From: Octopus vulgaris
Taxonomy: Eukaryota
NCBI GenBank assembly: GCA_951406725.2
Contig: OX597826.1
Location: forward strand, 65,782,001 to 65,846,000
Direction: 5' to 3'
DNA length: 64,000 nucleotides
Below the pieces are notes generated by a model that did no database searches, had not been told where the DNA came from, and was given only the letters and a program-made list of their open reading frames with translations. Every line of letters begins with the position of its first letter. Position 1 is the first letter of the stretch. Of the stretch, positions 1 to 17,165 are shown one piece after another. A program made the position numbers and the translations under genes.

Positions 1-892
<892 letters not shown>

Positions 893-951
893 CTATATAT
901 ATATATATATAGTAATAACAATGATGATCCTTAAGTATTTAATGCATATCC

Positions 952-1136
952 TTTACTCTTTCTACTCTATTATTTATTTCAGTCATTTGACTGCGTCCAT
1001 GCTAGAGTACCGCCTTTAGTCGAACAAATCGACTCCAAGACCTATTCTATCGGTCCTTTTGCCGAACCGCTAAGTTACGTGGATGTAAACACACCAGCAT
1101 CGGTTGTTAAGCGATGTTGGTGGGACAAACACACAC

Positions 1137-1193
<57 letters not shown>

Positions 1194-1356
1194 GACGGGC
1201 TTCTTCCAGTATCCGTCTATGAAATCCACTCACAAAGCTTTGGTCAGCCCGAGGCTATAGTAGAAGACACTTGCTCAAGGTGCCACGTAGTGGGACTGAA
1301 CCCGGAACCATGTGATTGCTAAGCAAGCTACTTACCACACAGCCACTCCTGCGTCC
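952..1356 (-). mobile_element. tRNA-derived SINE family A (octopus OR-like), with internal (AT)n
   Basis: Reverse complement of the copy at 46047-46475: head ggagtggctgtgtggtaagtagcttgct..ggttccgggttcagtcccact, tail gcagtcaaatgactgaaa. Confidence 0.9.
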
Positions 1357-1627
1357 TTGTGATACATCCAAATCTATTTTTCCATCCTGAAGTATTTGTT
1401 TAAAGTGACTTATGTTTCTGTATGTGTTGTACAAGTATGATATATCGTTTAAGTTCCTTTACGGGAAAAAACCCCTCTTATATTATACCGGCTACAGCCT
1501 GATGATGCCAACTGGCAATAGCAGTGTTTTGGGGTTGCACCGAGCTGTGCCGATGCAGGATGGGAAAAATAAATTTGGATGTATCACCGAAGGATATGCA
1601 TTATAATATCTATAAATTCTATCCAAG

Positions 1628-2160
<533 letters not shown>

Positions 2161-3715
2161 GAGCATGTTGAGGGTGGAAATACAACCAACTTCTTAAATC
2201 GTGCTGTACTAGTATCATAAGGGATATGTTGGAAGATCTAGTCCTAGATACACAAAGACTGAAAAAAACAAAAAAAAAAAAACAGAAAGAAAAACTAGAA
2301 ATGAAAACGATGGGATGGTCGCAGCTGGAATATCTTTGATATTAGGTTTACTGTATCATGTTCTGATTTGAATACAGCAACAGCTACAACGACAGCAACA
2401 GCAGTAGCCACAGCAACTACAACAAAAGTTCTACATTGTGTACATGACGTTAAAAAAATATGTCTATGTCTAAATTAGAGAAAACGTCACTTGAGCATAG
2501 CAGGGCTTGGCTAGGATCTATGGATGATTGAAAAATCATAACTGCCCACACTCCGATGACATGTTTCTTTTGTTTACATTCGTTTTACCCCGCTCCTCTT
2601 TCTCCTTTCCATCCAATCAATCTTCGTCGCTACAATAATTATGTTGACAAACAAAACACGAAAGTAAATTGTAATATTTTTTCTATTTACCTAATTTCAT
2701 GGTAATAATCATTTATTTGTTGATTTGTATATCGTACATGCGCTCACATACATACGCACGCATAAACGCGAAAACGCACACATACATTCAAACACATAGA
2801 CATGCAAAATATCGATTCATATTTCAGTTATATCGATTCATATTTCAGAATAACTTTAAGATGGACATAATCAGTATTGTGGCGATCATTCCCTTACCAA
2901 AGTTGAGTAAAATGCAATCAAAATTACACTGCAGACCCCCTTCATTCTAAGTACCATACAATGTCTTACCATAGCTACACTTTATAATATAATATAACAA
3001 TATATATTTAGTTGTATAATGCATAATATATCATACATTACAGTACAGAAAGTCACACACTTCGGCATCACAAAAAGATTTTTACGTCACTGTACAGCAT
3101 TACAGTATTCTACATGTTATGCTATGAAGCAATTTATTTACATATACCACACTGTGTGTATATGCATAGAATAAACAACTGTCACTATAAAATATATTAC
3201 ACATTACAGTACAGTAAATTACACATTATGGTCTGCTACAATTTTATGTAAAACATTGTATATTATGTTGTACATCAACAGTATTACTTTACATCGCAGT
3301 AAAGTAAACTACACATAAACATATCGCACTATATATTACATTATATATTACCGTACAGTTAACTACACATTATCGTAGGATAAAATTATACACATCATAC
3401 TACATAATATACTATATATTAAAATACACATTATATAATGGAACAATATATACCACAGGGTTGAGCTGTAGCTAAACAATAACCACATATAACATTAAAC
3501 CATACGTTAAACTACGCTTTACATCCCACTACAAAGCAAACAACCGCCAATATTCCACAAGATTATATCGAACCCCTCAACGAGTCACACAATCACCATA
3601 CTAAACTACACTCTTCACCGCTCTAAAAGACCCTGGGCTACACTTTATGTTTCGTTACAAGATACTTCATCACAACAGTCAAAATAAATTACACTATTAA
3701 GAGACGGAGTGCTTG

Positions 3716-3990
3716 CTAACTAGTTTCCGTTAGGGCTGGTAATAAACAATTTCTCTTGCTATTCCCGGAGTTTTCTCTGAAACTAGGGTTTTTGTTGCAC
3801 TTGTCGCCATCTCGACTAGTCTTCACTATTTTCTTTTCATCATGATTCGGCAACCAGAATTTTTGTCCTGTGTCATCAATATCATGCTCAGCTGAACACT
3901 GTTTCAATATGGTTTTGTAGCCTTTGAAATAAGTTTTGATGCACCACTGATCATATATTACCTCTCTTTAGCCGCCTTGCTTTATCCACT
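3716..3990 (-). pseudogene. Decayed LTR-retrotransposon (BEL/Pao-like) integrase zinc-binding remnant
   Basis: ORF 3716-3907 (EHDIDDTGQKFWLPN...IVK...KC) resembles the H...RQKFWIP...VK...C..C pattern; highly degenerate. Confidence 0.35.
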
Positions 3991-4735
3991 CACATATATT
4001 ACGATATATAAATGTGACGACTAACCGAGGATCTACAATATAAGAGATGTCTCTTATAACTACGCTTATATTTATTTGCCCCAGGCACAGGGGTGGAGCT
4101 TTGTCTAACAATTTTAGCCGATGTTTTGGTTGGCTCTTCAGTTTTAAGTGTAGCAGATTGAATCATAAAGTTTTCCGTTCCTGTTGAGAGGATTTCTCTT
4201 GATATATCTTGAAGTATTTGTTATACTTCTTGTCGCGGAGGTACAGTCAGTCCAAATCACAAATGTACAATTTTTTCTTTGCCTTCTCTTAAATTAGATC
4301 CTGTAGTATAGAGACACTGCCGCAAAGCATCTTACCCGGCGTACTAACAGTTCTGCCAGCTCGCCGGCTTAAGTATTTTTATATATTGATGATTTAAACG
4401 TTCAGATTTTCTTTTCGTTTATTCATTAAATTGTGCTTTCTTTTTCTACGTTTGTTGGGTAGTTTACCGCATTTGTGCTTGGTTGCCATGTTGAATGGGA
4501 AAATGTCATGCTTGTAAATATGTAGGAAAACATCTGCAAAAACAAATTTTATTTGTTTGTTTTATCCTCAGGTATCTAGGGCAGGCTTTCCTCTAGTAAT
4601 TATAATTCTCCAAAGAAAACTTCATTTAGTAATGCTATAAATAGAGTATAGTTTCAGAGTGAAATAAAGATACATATAAACGCAGCAAGAACCAATAATA
4701 ATAATAATAAAAATGATGATAATAATAATAGTAAC

Positions 4736-5745
4736 AATGTAGTACCAGGCAGTGGCTCGCGTGGCTTTTGATCTTAACTGATTGGAATTGTTATCATGTA
4801 CATTGTTTTGTGTTGGTATAAAAAGATGGGCTACAGCAAATATTTTGCACAGTACCACAGATTTACTTGTCAGTTGCTTGACCATAACCAGTTGAGCATG
4901 GCCTTTGTGGCTGGCGGTATATGCATCTCTGATTACAAGCAGTAGTGGAGGATCATCATAGCCATATGTTGAGAGGAATTCTTTGGGGTTTGAATAATTC
5001 GCCTCTGGAAACTCTGGGTAGTAGTTGTGCAAAAGACGTACGTAGTTCATGTTCACTATAGCACTTGAACAACCCCTAGCTAACCACACGCAAGCTGACG
5101 ACATGGGACTTTTTTTTTATGTGCGCCTTATAAGCCACCAAATACGGTGTGTATTTTAATATATTTCCACTAAACATTTTGTTCCAGCTACTTTATATCA
5201 GTAGTTCTCAAACGTTTTCAGGCTGCTGCCCCCTTAGCACCCATGCCACATTCCTAGAACCCCATCACCCTCCCTACCACACACATAGACCACTTTCTGC
5301 AGAAAATTCAAAACAACTGTATTTCACAAATAAGACTTAAACCTAATTAACCTATAAATATATATTTCACCCCAGTTTGACTACCCCCTTATCATCCCAC
5401 TTTTCTTCAATGTCCCTCTGGGTCTTTCCACCGCTCCCAAGGGAACTGTGCACTTTGGGAACCACTGCTTCATAATATCATTATTGAGTTCAACATCCTT
5501 AAACAACCCTTATTCAGGGACCTTTTGAGCGGGATGGGCTACTCGACATGACGAAAATTCTAACTGCCCCCACCCCTCAGGTCTTGCGTTGTTTATCCTG
5601 ATATGAGATCACCATGCTGCGCACATATGGCTGTGATGCATGTGCCTGGTGTACCCCTATCAGACGGGAAACCATGATGGGTGTATTGATCTTCGTATAT
5701 TTGTACCCAAGTTTCACTTTGATGGCATGCATTGCTCTCTCACTC
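4736..5745 (+). mobile_element. ~555 bp (AAT)n-embedded non-coding retroposon, copy 1, interrupted at ~5020-5487
   Basis: Colinear with 29521-30076 and 30336-30889. Ends ctctctcactc followed by (AAT)n. Confidence 0.9.
5199..5467. mobile_element. hAT (Charlie-type) MITE
   Basis: TIRs cagtagttctcaaa / tttgggaaccactg. The 8-bp flanks ctttatat / cttcataa match at 6/8. Confidence 0.75.
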
Positions 5746-5810
<65 letters not shown>

Positions 5811-6017
5811 TAATAATAATAATAATAATAACAGCAACAACAGTGATAATAATTAGAACAACAACAATAATAACATTAAGAATAATCGCCAGTAACAAGA
5901 TGGTTGAGGAGTGACAAAAAAACAAAAATCAAGAATATATATTTTTAAAAAATGATTTAAGCAGACACATATGACTGAAATATAGAAATATTTTGCTAGA
6001 CTTGGAACAAAATTTGA

Positions 6018-6059
<42 letters not shown>

Positions 6060-6118
6060 TCTCTCTCTCTTTCTCTCTCTATATATGTATATGTAGTGTG
6101 TGTATAAATGCGTGAATG

Positions 6119-6149
<31 letters not shown>

Positions 6150-6367
6150 GTATACATAATATTTTACATACGTAATTAAAAGTTGCCGTCAGCTGATGTT
6201 TTCGCTGTGCACCAAAGGTTTTGGAATCTTTACAAAGCACAACGGAAGAAAAGACTTTTAGATGATTTTTTTTTTTCAAGATGGAACCTCCTGGAAAGTG
6301 TTGAACGTCTACCAAATACCGTGCGAGACATAATGTCTGTAATTTTTGGACATAACGAAATTATCAA

Positions 6368-6401
<34 letters not shown>

Positions 6402-6488
6402 CTTCTTCTTCTTCTTCTTCTTCTTCTTCTTCTTCTTCTTCTTCTTCTTCTTCTTCTTCTTCTTCTTCTTCTTCTTCTTCTTCTTCTT

Positions 6489-6550
<62 letters not shown>

Positions 6551-6552
<2 letters not shown>

Positions 6553-7205
6553 GTAAGCATGAGATCATGGAGAAACACACTGACTTTGATCAGTGACAAT
6601 GAATCTCTAAATCCTGGAGATGTAAGAATTTCATGTGTCATTTTCCAGGGTCACTCACTATCACCACACCTCTTTTGTCTAGGTTTAATACCTCTCTCAA
6701 AATTGCTCAATGATGCACAGTACAGTTATAAAATGTTTGATAAAAATATAAATCATCCCATTTACATGGATGATTTAAAGCTATTTGCAAAAAATGACCA
6801 ACAACTCAAGGGCTTACTAGCGATTGTTAAACAATTCAGTGATTTCATCAGGATGCAATTTGGCCTCGATAAATGTGCAAAAGCTACCTTAATCAAAGGA
6901 AAATTGACAGAAACATCTAACGTAGCAAAAGGGTCTCATTGCTACCTAGCTCAGATACCAGGAAACCCCAAAATGGCAGAAATTCAAAAGTTAGTGCTCA
7001 TGGGAACTGCCCATATCCTACGAAAAATACTGTCTATGTAATCTCAAATTTTAAAACAAACAATTTCCTTATGGTTTCATAAACATTCTCTAGAACAACA
7101 CTATGTACAAAACCAAATATATGGCACCCTAGGCATAACACCAGCATGAACTTGGGTGAGACTTGGAGCCAACTTGTACAAATGCAACGCAAAAGTCAAA
7201 CATAA
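6551..7205 (+). mobile_element. R4/Dong-like non-LTR retrotransposon fragment: RT core fused to C-terminus, then 3' UTR ending in (AAT)n
   Basis: ORF motifs IFQGHSLSP, YMDDLKLF and FGLDKCA, then IQKLVLMGTAHILRKILS*. Confidence 0.9.
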
Positions 7206-7273
<68 letters not shown>

Positions 7274-7277
7274 TAAC

Positions 7278-7333
<56 letters not shown>

Positions 7334-7334
<1 letters not shown>

Positions 7335-8030
7335 CATGTGAAGTCTAGTATAGACAACATTACCGATAGCGACAAATGCAGAATGTGTGATGAGAGGGGT
7401 GAAACGGTGTGGCGCATAGCGAATGCTCGAAAGAACGCGAATACAAAAGACGCCATGACAATGTGCCAAGAATGATCAATTGAGAGCTCTGTAGAAATCA
7501 CGGCCTACAGAGAGCAAAGACGTGGTATGAGGAAACCCCAGAAGGAATCATTGAAAATGAGAATTGCAAAATCCCGTGGGATGCAATGATCCAGTGCGAT
7601 CACCCGACCAGACATCGGGGACCGGACATTGTTATGATGAATAAAGAAGAAAGAACATGTATGATAATCGACATAGCATGCCTCGGTGACAACGGGATCA
7701 ATGTGAAAGAAGAAGAAAAAATAAATAACTATGACGATTTGAAGTGGGAAATACGAAAGTTGTGGCCAATGAAAAAAGTAGACGAGACACCAATAGTAAT
7801 TGGTGCACTTGTAAGTATCAGCATTCACCTAACAACATGGCTGAAAAAGATTGGTGCAAGTGTGAAGGGAGAATACCTACAAAAATCAGCATTGCTCGGA
7901 ACTGCAAGAATTCTTCGGAGGGTTCTTGAAGCATGACCAGTAAATAAGTGTCACCTTAGTCTGTTGGTTGTGGGCAGCTGACTTTTCATCATACCCAGCA
8001 AAATAAGCTATGAGTTTTCATATAATAATA
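7334..8030 (+). mobile_element. R4/Dong-like 5'-truncated copy: zinc-finger remnant plus restriction-like endonuclease (RLE) domain
   Basis: KCRMC..ETV, RRHDNV, PDIV...IIDIA, KEEEKINNY, PIVIGAL, LQKSALLGTARILRRVL*. The 5' end abuts (AAT)n and the 3' end is tataataataa. Confidence 0.9.
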
Positions 8031-8139
8031 AGGATTTCATTTATTTACCACAAGAGTAGTGAAGGAAAAGGTGTGCAATACAGGTGGCCCGAGTAAGATG
8101 TGTAATACGCACGCACGCACGCACGCACGTATACGTACA

Positions 8140-8197
<58 letters not shown>

Positions 8198-8371
8198 AAA
8201 TGAGAAAATGGAGAAATATATCTAAATCATTCATCAACTATCAGATAATACCGAATCATATACTTTATTAAAACACTACACAAGAGCATTAAGATTAGAC
8301 ATTAATACAGTACAATAATTACAATCAATATAATGAGATATAACTAAATAAATATAACAAGATATAAAAAT

Positions 8372-8428
<57 letters not shown>

Positions 8429-10509
8429 TGCATATCTACGTATGTACATATGTAAGTGCACTTGCGTATATACACACTCACACACTCTCTCACTCCCTCT
8501 CTCTCACGCAAATATATATAAACACACATATACATATATGTACGTATGTTGCCCTGAAAATACTACTATGTTCCAATTCAATCTTTCTTGCATAAGTTTA
8601 TAACAGAGGACCTGGGAAGATGAAGGAAAAATACATAAAATCGTTTTCTAATGGTTTCGCTAGGAAAGGGGATGTGACCATAGCTTTTGCAGAAGGGGAA
8701 AGGAGTTTTAGAATTTAAAGTGGTTGGAGGAGCAAAGACTGTGTCGACTGGGCTTGGAAGAAAGTAATGGCGTGCAACGTCTGCCTTTAAGGAGAAACCC
8801 TTGTATTGATAGAAAAAGTAGAGCGAAGAGATGATGTGTGATTATGGATGCTTACTAGTAAGCCGGAGGACTTTCTTTTAAATGCAGTTTAGGATATTCG
8901 GATTTGTAGAAGTATAACCACCTTAGATATTGGAGAATTATTCTATAGTGAGTCTCATTTGAGATGTGTAAAAGGATAAAGTTGAGAAAGCTATACATGT
9001 GTGAGAAAATGAAACCCCAAAGTCTGTGTTTGCGCAAAGAAAAGAACAATAACACCGAAATCTGATGATTGTTTTATGAATTGAATGTTTAAACAGGAAA
9101 CCGTAAAACTAGTGCTGCTTATTGGAAATTAAGTCTTTGTTATATGAAAACGCACATACACAAAACACGCATGCAAACAGACACACTCATACACACACAT
9201 ACACTCAAAAAAGGTTATAAAATAAATGGAAGTAAATGGAATTGTTTATAATTAATGAAACAGTTGGAATGGTGTTGGGTTGGACACACCAGGGGAACGA
9301 AGGAACAAGAGAACAGAAAAGCAGCATTCTGGGTTTTGAGAGATCATAAAAGAAACCGAGAACAACAATGAACAAGATGGAGGATTAAATTGGAGAATTT
9401 GACAAAAATTGGAGACCAGGCAGCGAAAAACACACACACCTACATATAACTCCACATGCTCAGTTTGGTTTATATGTAGCTTTTCTGCTTTAAACATGTC
9501 CTCAGAATCCTTTGAAGAGCGAGCTTTGTAGAGTGACTGTGTGAGGCCTATTATTGCCTTGTGTGTGACTATGACTGTTCGTTCTTTAGTCTGTTTTAGA
9601 TATCAAGGCAAAGATCATGCCAGAGAACCATCCTCGGTGTGTTTGTTTATAACTGTTCGTTTCTTAGAATCTGCATCCGTATATGGGAATTTGTATCTCT
9701 AGTGTGCATCTCTACTTTCTTTTAAGAAAACAAGTAACCTGTTTTTCTGTTCTTCCGTATAGTTAGGAAATGCAGGATACAAACAACTGGTTCATTCAGG
9801 CCCTATAGGTCTTAACCACGTCGAACCAACATCAGCAACATTGAATTTTCTCTACAGACATGAGCTGAGATGGCTCACGTCTTATCTAGCTCGTGTCTTA
9901 TCTATAAGACACTCTGCAGCCAGCTATATTATCATAGAGAATGCCTCATTAATGGAAAAAGAAAAAACATGTGGTTCAAAGACTATCTGAAGACCGCTTT
10001 GAAGAGGACCCTTTCAAAAGTGGAAGACACCGTTGCTTACAGTTCACTTTGGAAACTCACCGGTGGAAGAGTATTGCCGATATTGACCAGGAAAACATTC
10101 AACATTACCAGAAACTGATGGTATGTATACATATCTGGTGTGGTGATGAAAGCTCCCATCCATCGGTTTGCCAGTAGGGGAATGGCCTGTAAAAATATAG
10201 GTTAACTGCGAATACTCTATAAACAGTCCTGGACAAAATCATGGGTTGCTCATTGACAAGGTATAACACCCGTCAGTCACCCAGCCAGGGTCATCATGAA
10301 ATCCTGAAGCCCCGAAAAGAGCAGAAATTCCACTGTCATTGAAAAGCAGGATTATAGTAGTGAATGAAATGCAAAGCGTAAAAAATATTTTGTATTTGAA
10401 TTTCTTCCCGTTTCGCAGAACAAATGATACTTTTATCAATGTTGGTCTGCGAAACCCGTTAGTTTGTCTATAGGACTTGCGACAATAGACGAGAACCTTG
10501 GGCAACTTT

Positions 10510-10760
10510 TTGAATTCCATATGACAAACACTCGCGGACATGCTTATAAAATCAAAAAGTAACACAGCACCTATGACTTTCAGAAACATTTTTTCACACT
10601 CAGAATTGCTGAAGCATGGAATAAACCACCCGCATCAGTTGTCAGCTGTTGAAACACTATATCCTTCAAAACTTCCATGTGTACTGAAATCCGCCAACAG
10701 TACACCTGATGGCTTTTTTTTTCTTTTTAGTTGTTATGCACCTGAGCACTTTATACAAAA
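10510..10760 (+). mobile_element. CR1-type LINE ORF2 3' end
   Basis: Translation NTRGHAYKIKK*...KHFFTLRIAEAWNKPPASVVSC*...SFK matches the TRGH...FF..R....WN.LP..VV....FK C-terminal signature. Confidence 0.85.
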
Positions 10761-11379
10761 TTTTCCTTCATTATTATATCATATTCGACATCTAGCCTGT
10801 CCATGGCTGGACAGGTTACATGGACTGGCAAGATGTCGAATTTGTTCAACTTGTGACCTAAGCTGCTGTATATTAAAGGTTCGGGATGTAGAATCATTAA
10901 AAAATTCACAAATGGGGAAAAGTCACCTCTCAGCAAGGTATGCAAACGTGTATGCAAATGAATGTGTTTGTATAATAATGCATGTTTGAGTGAATATCTT
11001 TCGTGTTTCTGCGAATATCTCCTTGTGTACCAGTACATTTATGCCTGCCTGTATGTGAATGTGAGTGTATGTATGTGTGTGTGAGATTGTGTGAGTTTGT
11101 GTGTGTGTGTGTGTGTGTGTATGCGAGTGTCCTTGCATGTGCATTTGTATGCAATGTGTGTGTATGTGAATCTATGTCTATATGCGTCTATCTGAGTGTG
11201 TGTGTGTGTGTTTTCTACTGCCAATTTTCGAATCTAGCATGATTTGCTGTAATCTAAAAACTCAAACTTTGTGATATAAAAACAAATCTACTGCTGTGCT
11301 GCACCGTGTGACAGATACCAGTTCAACCGACTCCTCACTCTTACTATAATTCGACACCTACACACTCCTTCTACTGACT

Positions 11380-13680
<2,301 letters not shown>

Positions 13681-13959
13681 TATTTGTTTTGCAAGTTTCC
13701 TGGAGCGAAATCGTGTTGGAACAGATATTGTTATATTTCGGGATGATCGCTTTTTATTTTCTCGCCAAATAAACACGAGCACTATATATTTACTCTTCAC
13801 TTATTATCGATCTTATTTTCAGTCTTTTGTCTGGAAATCTTTTGTCACACGTCTTGTGATCTCCTCAGCAACTCTCCATTCCACGTGTCTCCTTCTGTCC
13901 AGTTTAGTCTCCTCTGTCTTTCTATCGTGTGTATCCTTGTCTGCGCCGATGTCCCTCCA

Positions 13960-14823
13960 AGGAAAACATTGATCGTGTACACCACATTGTGATGGATAAC
14001 TATAATTCAAATAGCCAATGCTACAAGCACATCCTGCGAGAGAGTTGAGATTATTCTGCACGATGAACTTGTCATAACGAAGGTTTCTGTTCGCTGGGTG
14101 TTAGGTCTTCTGACACATGATTAAAAGTGCACCAGTCTGATCATATCACGGATCATATCACGGATCATATCACATTGTTTCAAGCAGATCCAGATGGTTT
14201 CCTTGAACTTTTTCTCAGCCAACATGACTGAGCCAGAGACAAACAGACAATGAATGCAATGGAAACATCCCTTCTCTCCTGCTCCAAAGAAGGCTAAGGT
14301 CGTTTCATCTGCAGAGAAGGTGATGACTTCAATTTTTAGGATACAAAAGCATTGTGCTTATTGACTATCTTTTAAAGGGCCACATCGTCAATGGAGGGTG
14401 CTATGCCAACTTGCTGCGGCAGTTCGAAAGGTTATCAAGACCAAACGCTCAAGAAAACTGATGAAGGGGGCCTTGTTTCATTAAGGTAATGCTCCAGCAC
14501 AGAAGCCCTTTGTTCCAATGACTGCTGTACGTGATTGGGACTTTGAACTGGTTGATCAGACTCCGTATTCTCCTGATGTGGCCCCATCTTCTCCCCAATA
14601 TGAAAAAAAAAAAACACTTGGTTGGAAACCAAAATCGCAGTGATGATGACGTTATACCTGCTGTTTTTGACTTTTCTGACCAACAGGAAGAAAGCTTCTT
14701 CACCAATGGAATCCACCAAGCACCTCAACATAATTAAACAAGTATGTGAAATATAAATCTCATTTTGTCATATTTCATGAAAGTATCTTGGCCAGCCTAT
14801 GAACTTTTCAACCAACCGTCGTA
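13960..14823 (+). mobile_element. Decayed mariner transposase fragment with right TIR
   Basis: Motifs RWV, EPETNRQ, QWKHP.SP.PKKAKVVSSA.KVM and YSPDVAP across frameshifts. Ends agcctatgaacttttcaaccaaccgtcg-TA. Confidence 0.9.
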
Positions 14824-15015
14824 CATCTATTGAAAAACTAATTATCCTCTAACAACACGTAAAATATAAAAGTTGCTTTCATAAAAGTTTCTGCACGCGC
14901 ATCCGAAATACACACGAGTCCGAAAACCATCTTACAGAATATATGATCTACATTCTCTATAATTTTCAATTACAAAACACATACTCACACACACGCGGCC
15001 GCACACACACACACA

Positions 15016-15131
<116 letters not shown>

Positions 15132-15583
15132 CATACACACACGTGGGCGTATATACACAGACACACATACACACATGTGGGCGAGTCTCTGCTACTTACT
15201 AGTTTGACCTATATTACAATATATATTATGAAATTTGTTTAGAAAATTTTGTTATCTGACAATCCTATATTTACGCAGGAAACTACGCTGTAAGATTTGT
15301 ATCAAAACAAATAAATGCCTACTTATGTTTAAAACTATTGAGTTCTTCATTGAAATATGAACTTCTTGATCGATTGATCAAGATTATCTGCCACACTTCC
15401 ACATACATCTACATTTTTTTCCCATATTCTTCCAGTGGTTTCAGTCATAGAACTGCGACCATGCTGGTGCACCGCCTTAATTATTTTCTTTTAGTTTTGT
15501 TGTCGCTATATGGTTGGAAGTTTCGCTCGTACATACAGGCATCAATGCAGACATATACGTGCAATTGTGCGCGGTCTATATAT

Positions 15584-15627
<44 letters not shown>

Positions 15628-15735
15628 ACACAGACACACACACACTTACATGCACTTACATACACACACACACTTACATGCACTTACATACACACACACA
15701 AGCACACTACATACATACATACATACATACATACA

Positions 15736-15769
<34 letters not shown>

Positions 15770-15891
15770 GTTCCGCTCGAAACGTTAAACCCTCCTTCTT
15801 CTCTTCCTTCCTGAGCGTCCAATAATACTATATTTGTTCCACGTCCTCGCGTTGTTGTGTCTTCTCTTTGTGTTTTCATGTTTGGATTAAC

Positions 15892-15926
<35 letters not shown>

Positions 15927-15930
<4 letters not shown>

Positions 15931-16855
15931 GCAAATATTCTATAATTATAAACATAATTATAATTAGGGGTCAGCTAACTGCTTCACCACATACCGAATT
16001 TAGAAATAGGAGTTAAAATTCCTTTTCTACTGCCGTAAGAATCTCCCAGACAGTAAGTAACACACTATTTTACGTTAGCAAAAAGAAAAATAATGAATCC
16101 ACACGACCCCGATTCCGGAAGATTCTTACGGTAGTAGAAAAGGAATTTTTAACTCCTATTTCTAAATTTGGTATGTGGTGAATCAAGTAGTTGACCCCTA
16201 ATTTACCTAAAAAAGGTTATTTTAACGTACCGATCTACTTGGAAAAATTAATTAATCAATCAATTAATTAATTAATTTTACCCTTTTATTATTAATATTG
16301 AAATTATGATTTACTCCCTGATCGAAAACTGCAGTTTCTGTGGGATCGCTCGTAACATACACGGGGGTAGAAGGAATAAATATGTATTCACATTCAGCTG
16401 TGTAAATTTTGGAAGTGTTCGTTGGATATCTGTTGTGCGATGACACTTGATAGTGTACATATTTAACCTTAACACTTTCAAATTTTATATTTGAATTGCT
16501 ACACTGATGATGAGAAATAAGTAGGCAAATATACCTTAATCTCGAAACGCGTATGTAGCTAATCGGAGTCATGTGGATTCATTATTTTTGTTTTTGCCTA
16601 CGTAAAAACGTGTATTACTGTCTGGGAGATTCTTACGGTAATAGAAAAGGAATTTTTAACTCCTATTTCTAAATTCGATATGTGGTGGAACAATTAGCTG
16701 ACCCCTAATTATAATTATGTTTATAATTATAGAATATTTGTGTAATTTTACCTAAAAAGGTTATTTTAACGTACCAAACTACTTAGTAAAATTATTAATT
16801 AATAAATTTATTAATCAAGTAATTAATTAATTAATTATACCCTTTCATTATTAAT
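15927..16855 (+). mobile_element. Penelope-like pLTR / retrozyme-like unit: inverted partial copy plus partial tandem copies
   Basis: 15927-16114 is the reverse complement of ~16561-16745. 16118-16295 is a direct repeat of ~16625-16855 with an internal deletion. Contains a hammerhead at 16498-16559. Confidence 0.8.
16498..16559 (+). ncRNA. Type I minimal hammerhead ribozyme
   Basis: Stem I gctaca/tgtagc, CTGATGA, one extra T, stem II gaga/tctc, GAAA, palindromic stem III ACGCGT, cleavage triplet GTA (cut after 16553). Confidence 0.88.
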
Positions 16856-16989
16856 ACATATATATGTGTGTGTGTAGACTTTTGCAAACATTCATATAAT
16901 ACGAATTGATACTCCTCAAATACTACAAACTGGAAGCGCAGTTAGCTATTTGCATAGGTGTGGCATAGAAGCAATATATATGTATATGC

Positions 16990-17063
<74 letters not shown>

Positions 17064-17118
17064 ATGTGTGTATATATATATGTTTATATCTGTGTATATA
17101 TATATGTATATGTGTGTG

Positions 17119-17165
<47 letters not shown>

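Noticed and set aside
1491-1550. acagc-CTGATGA...gctgt as a functional hammerhead
   Set aside because: Stem I and part of stem II are present, but GAAA and stem III are absent. Kept only as a possible remnant.
2940-3700. Strand-biased AC/TA-rich tract
   Set aside because: It looks like a decayed short-period simple repeat with no higher-order structure.
6183-6365. Non-repetitive 60-codon stretch as a host exon
   Set aside because: No recognisable domain or convincing splice sites.
8640-10180. Possible very old LINE 3' remnants (minus ~8640-9050, plus ~9900-10150)
   Set aside because: The motifs are too degenerate to assign by eye.
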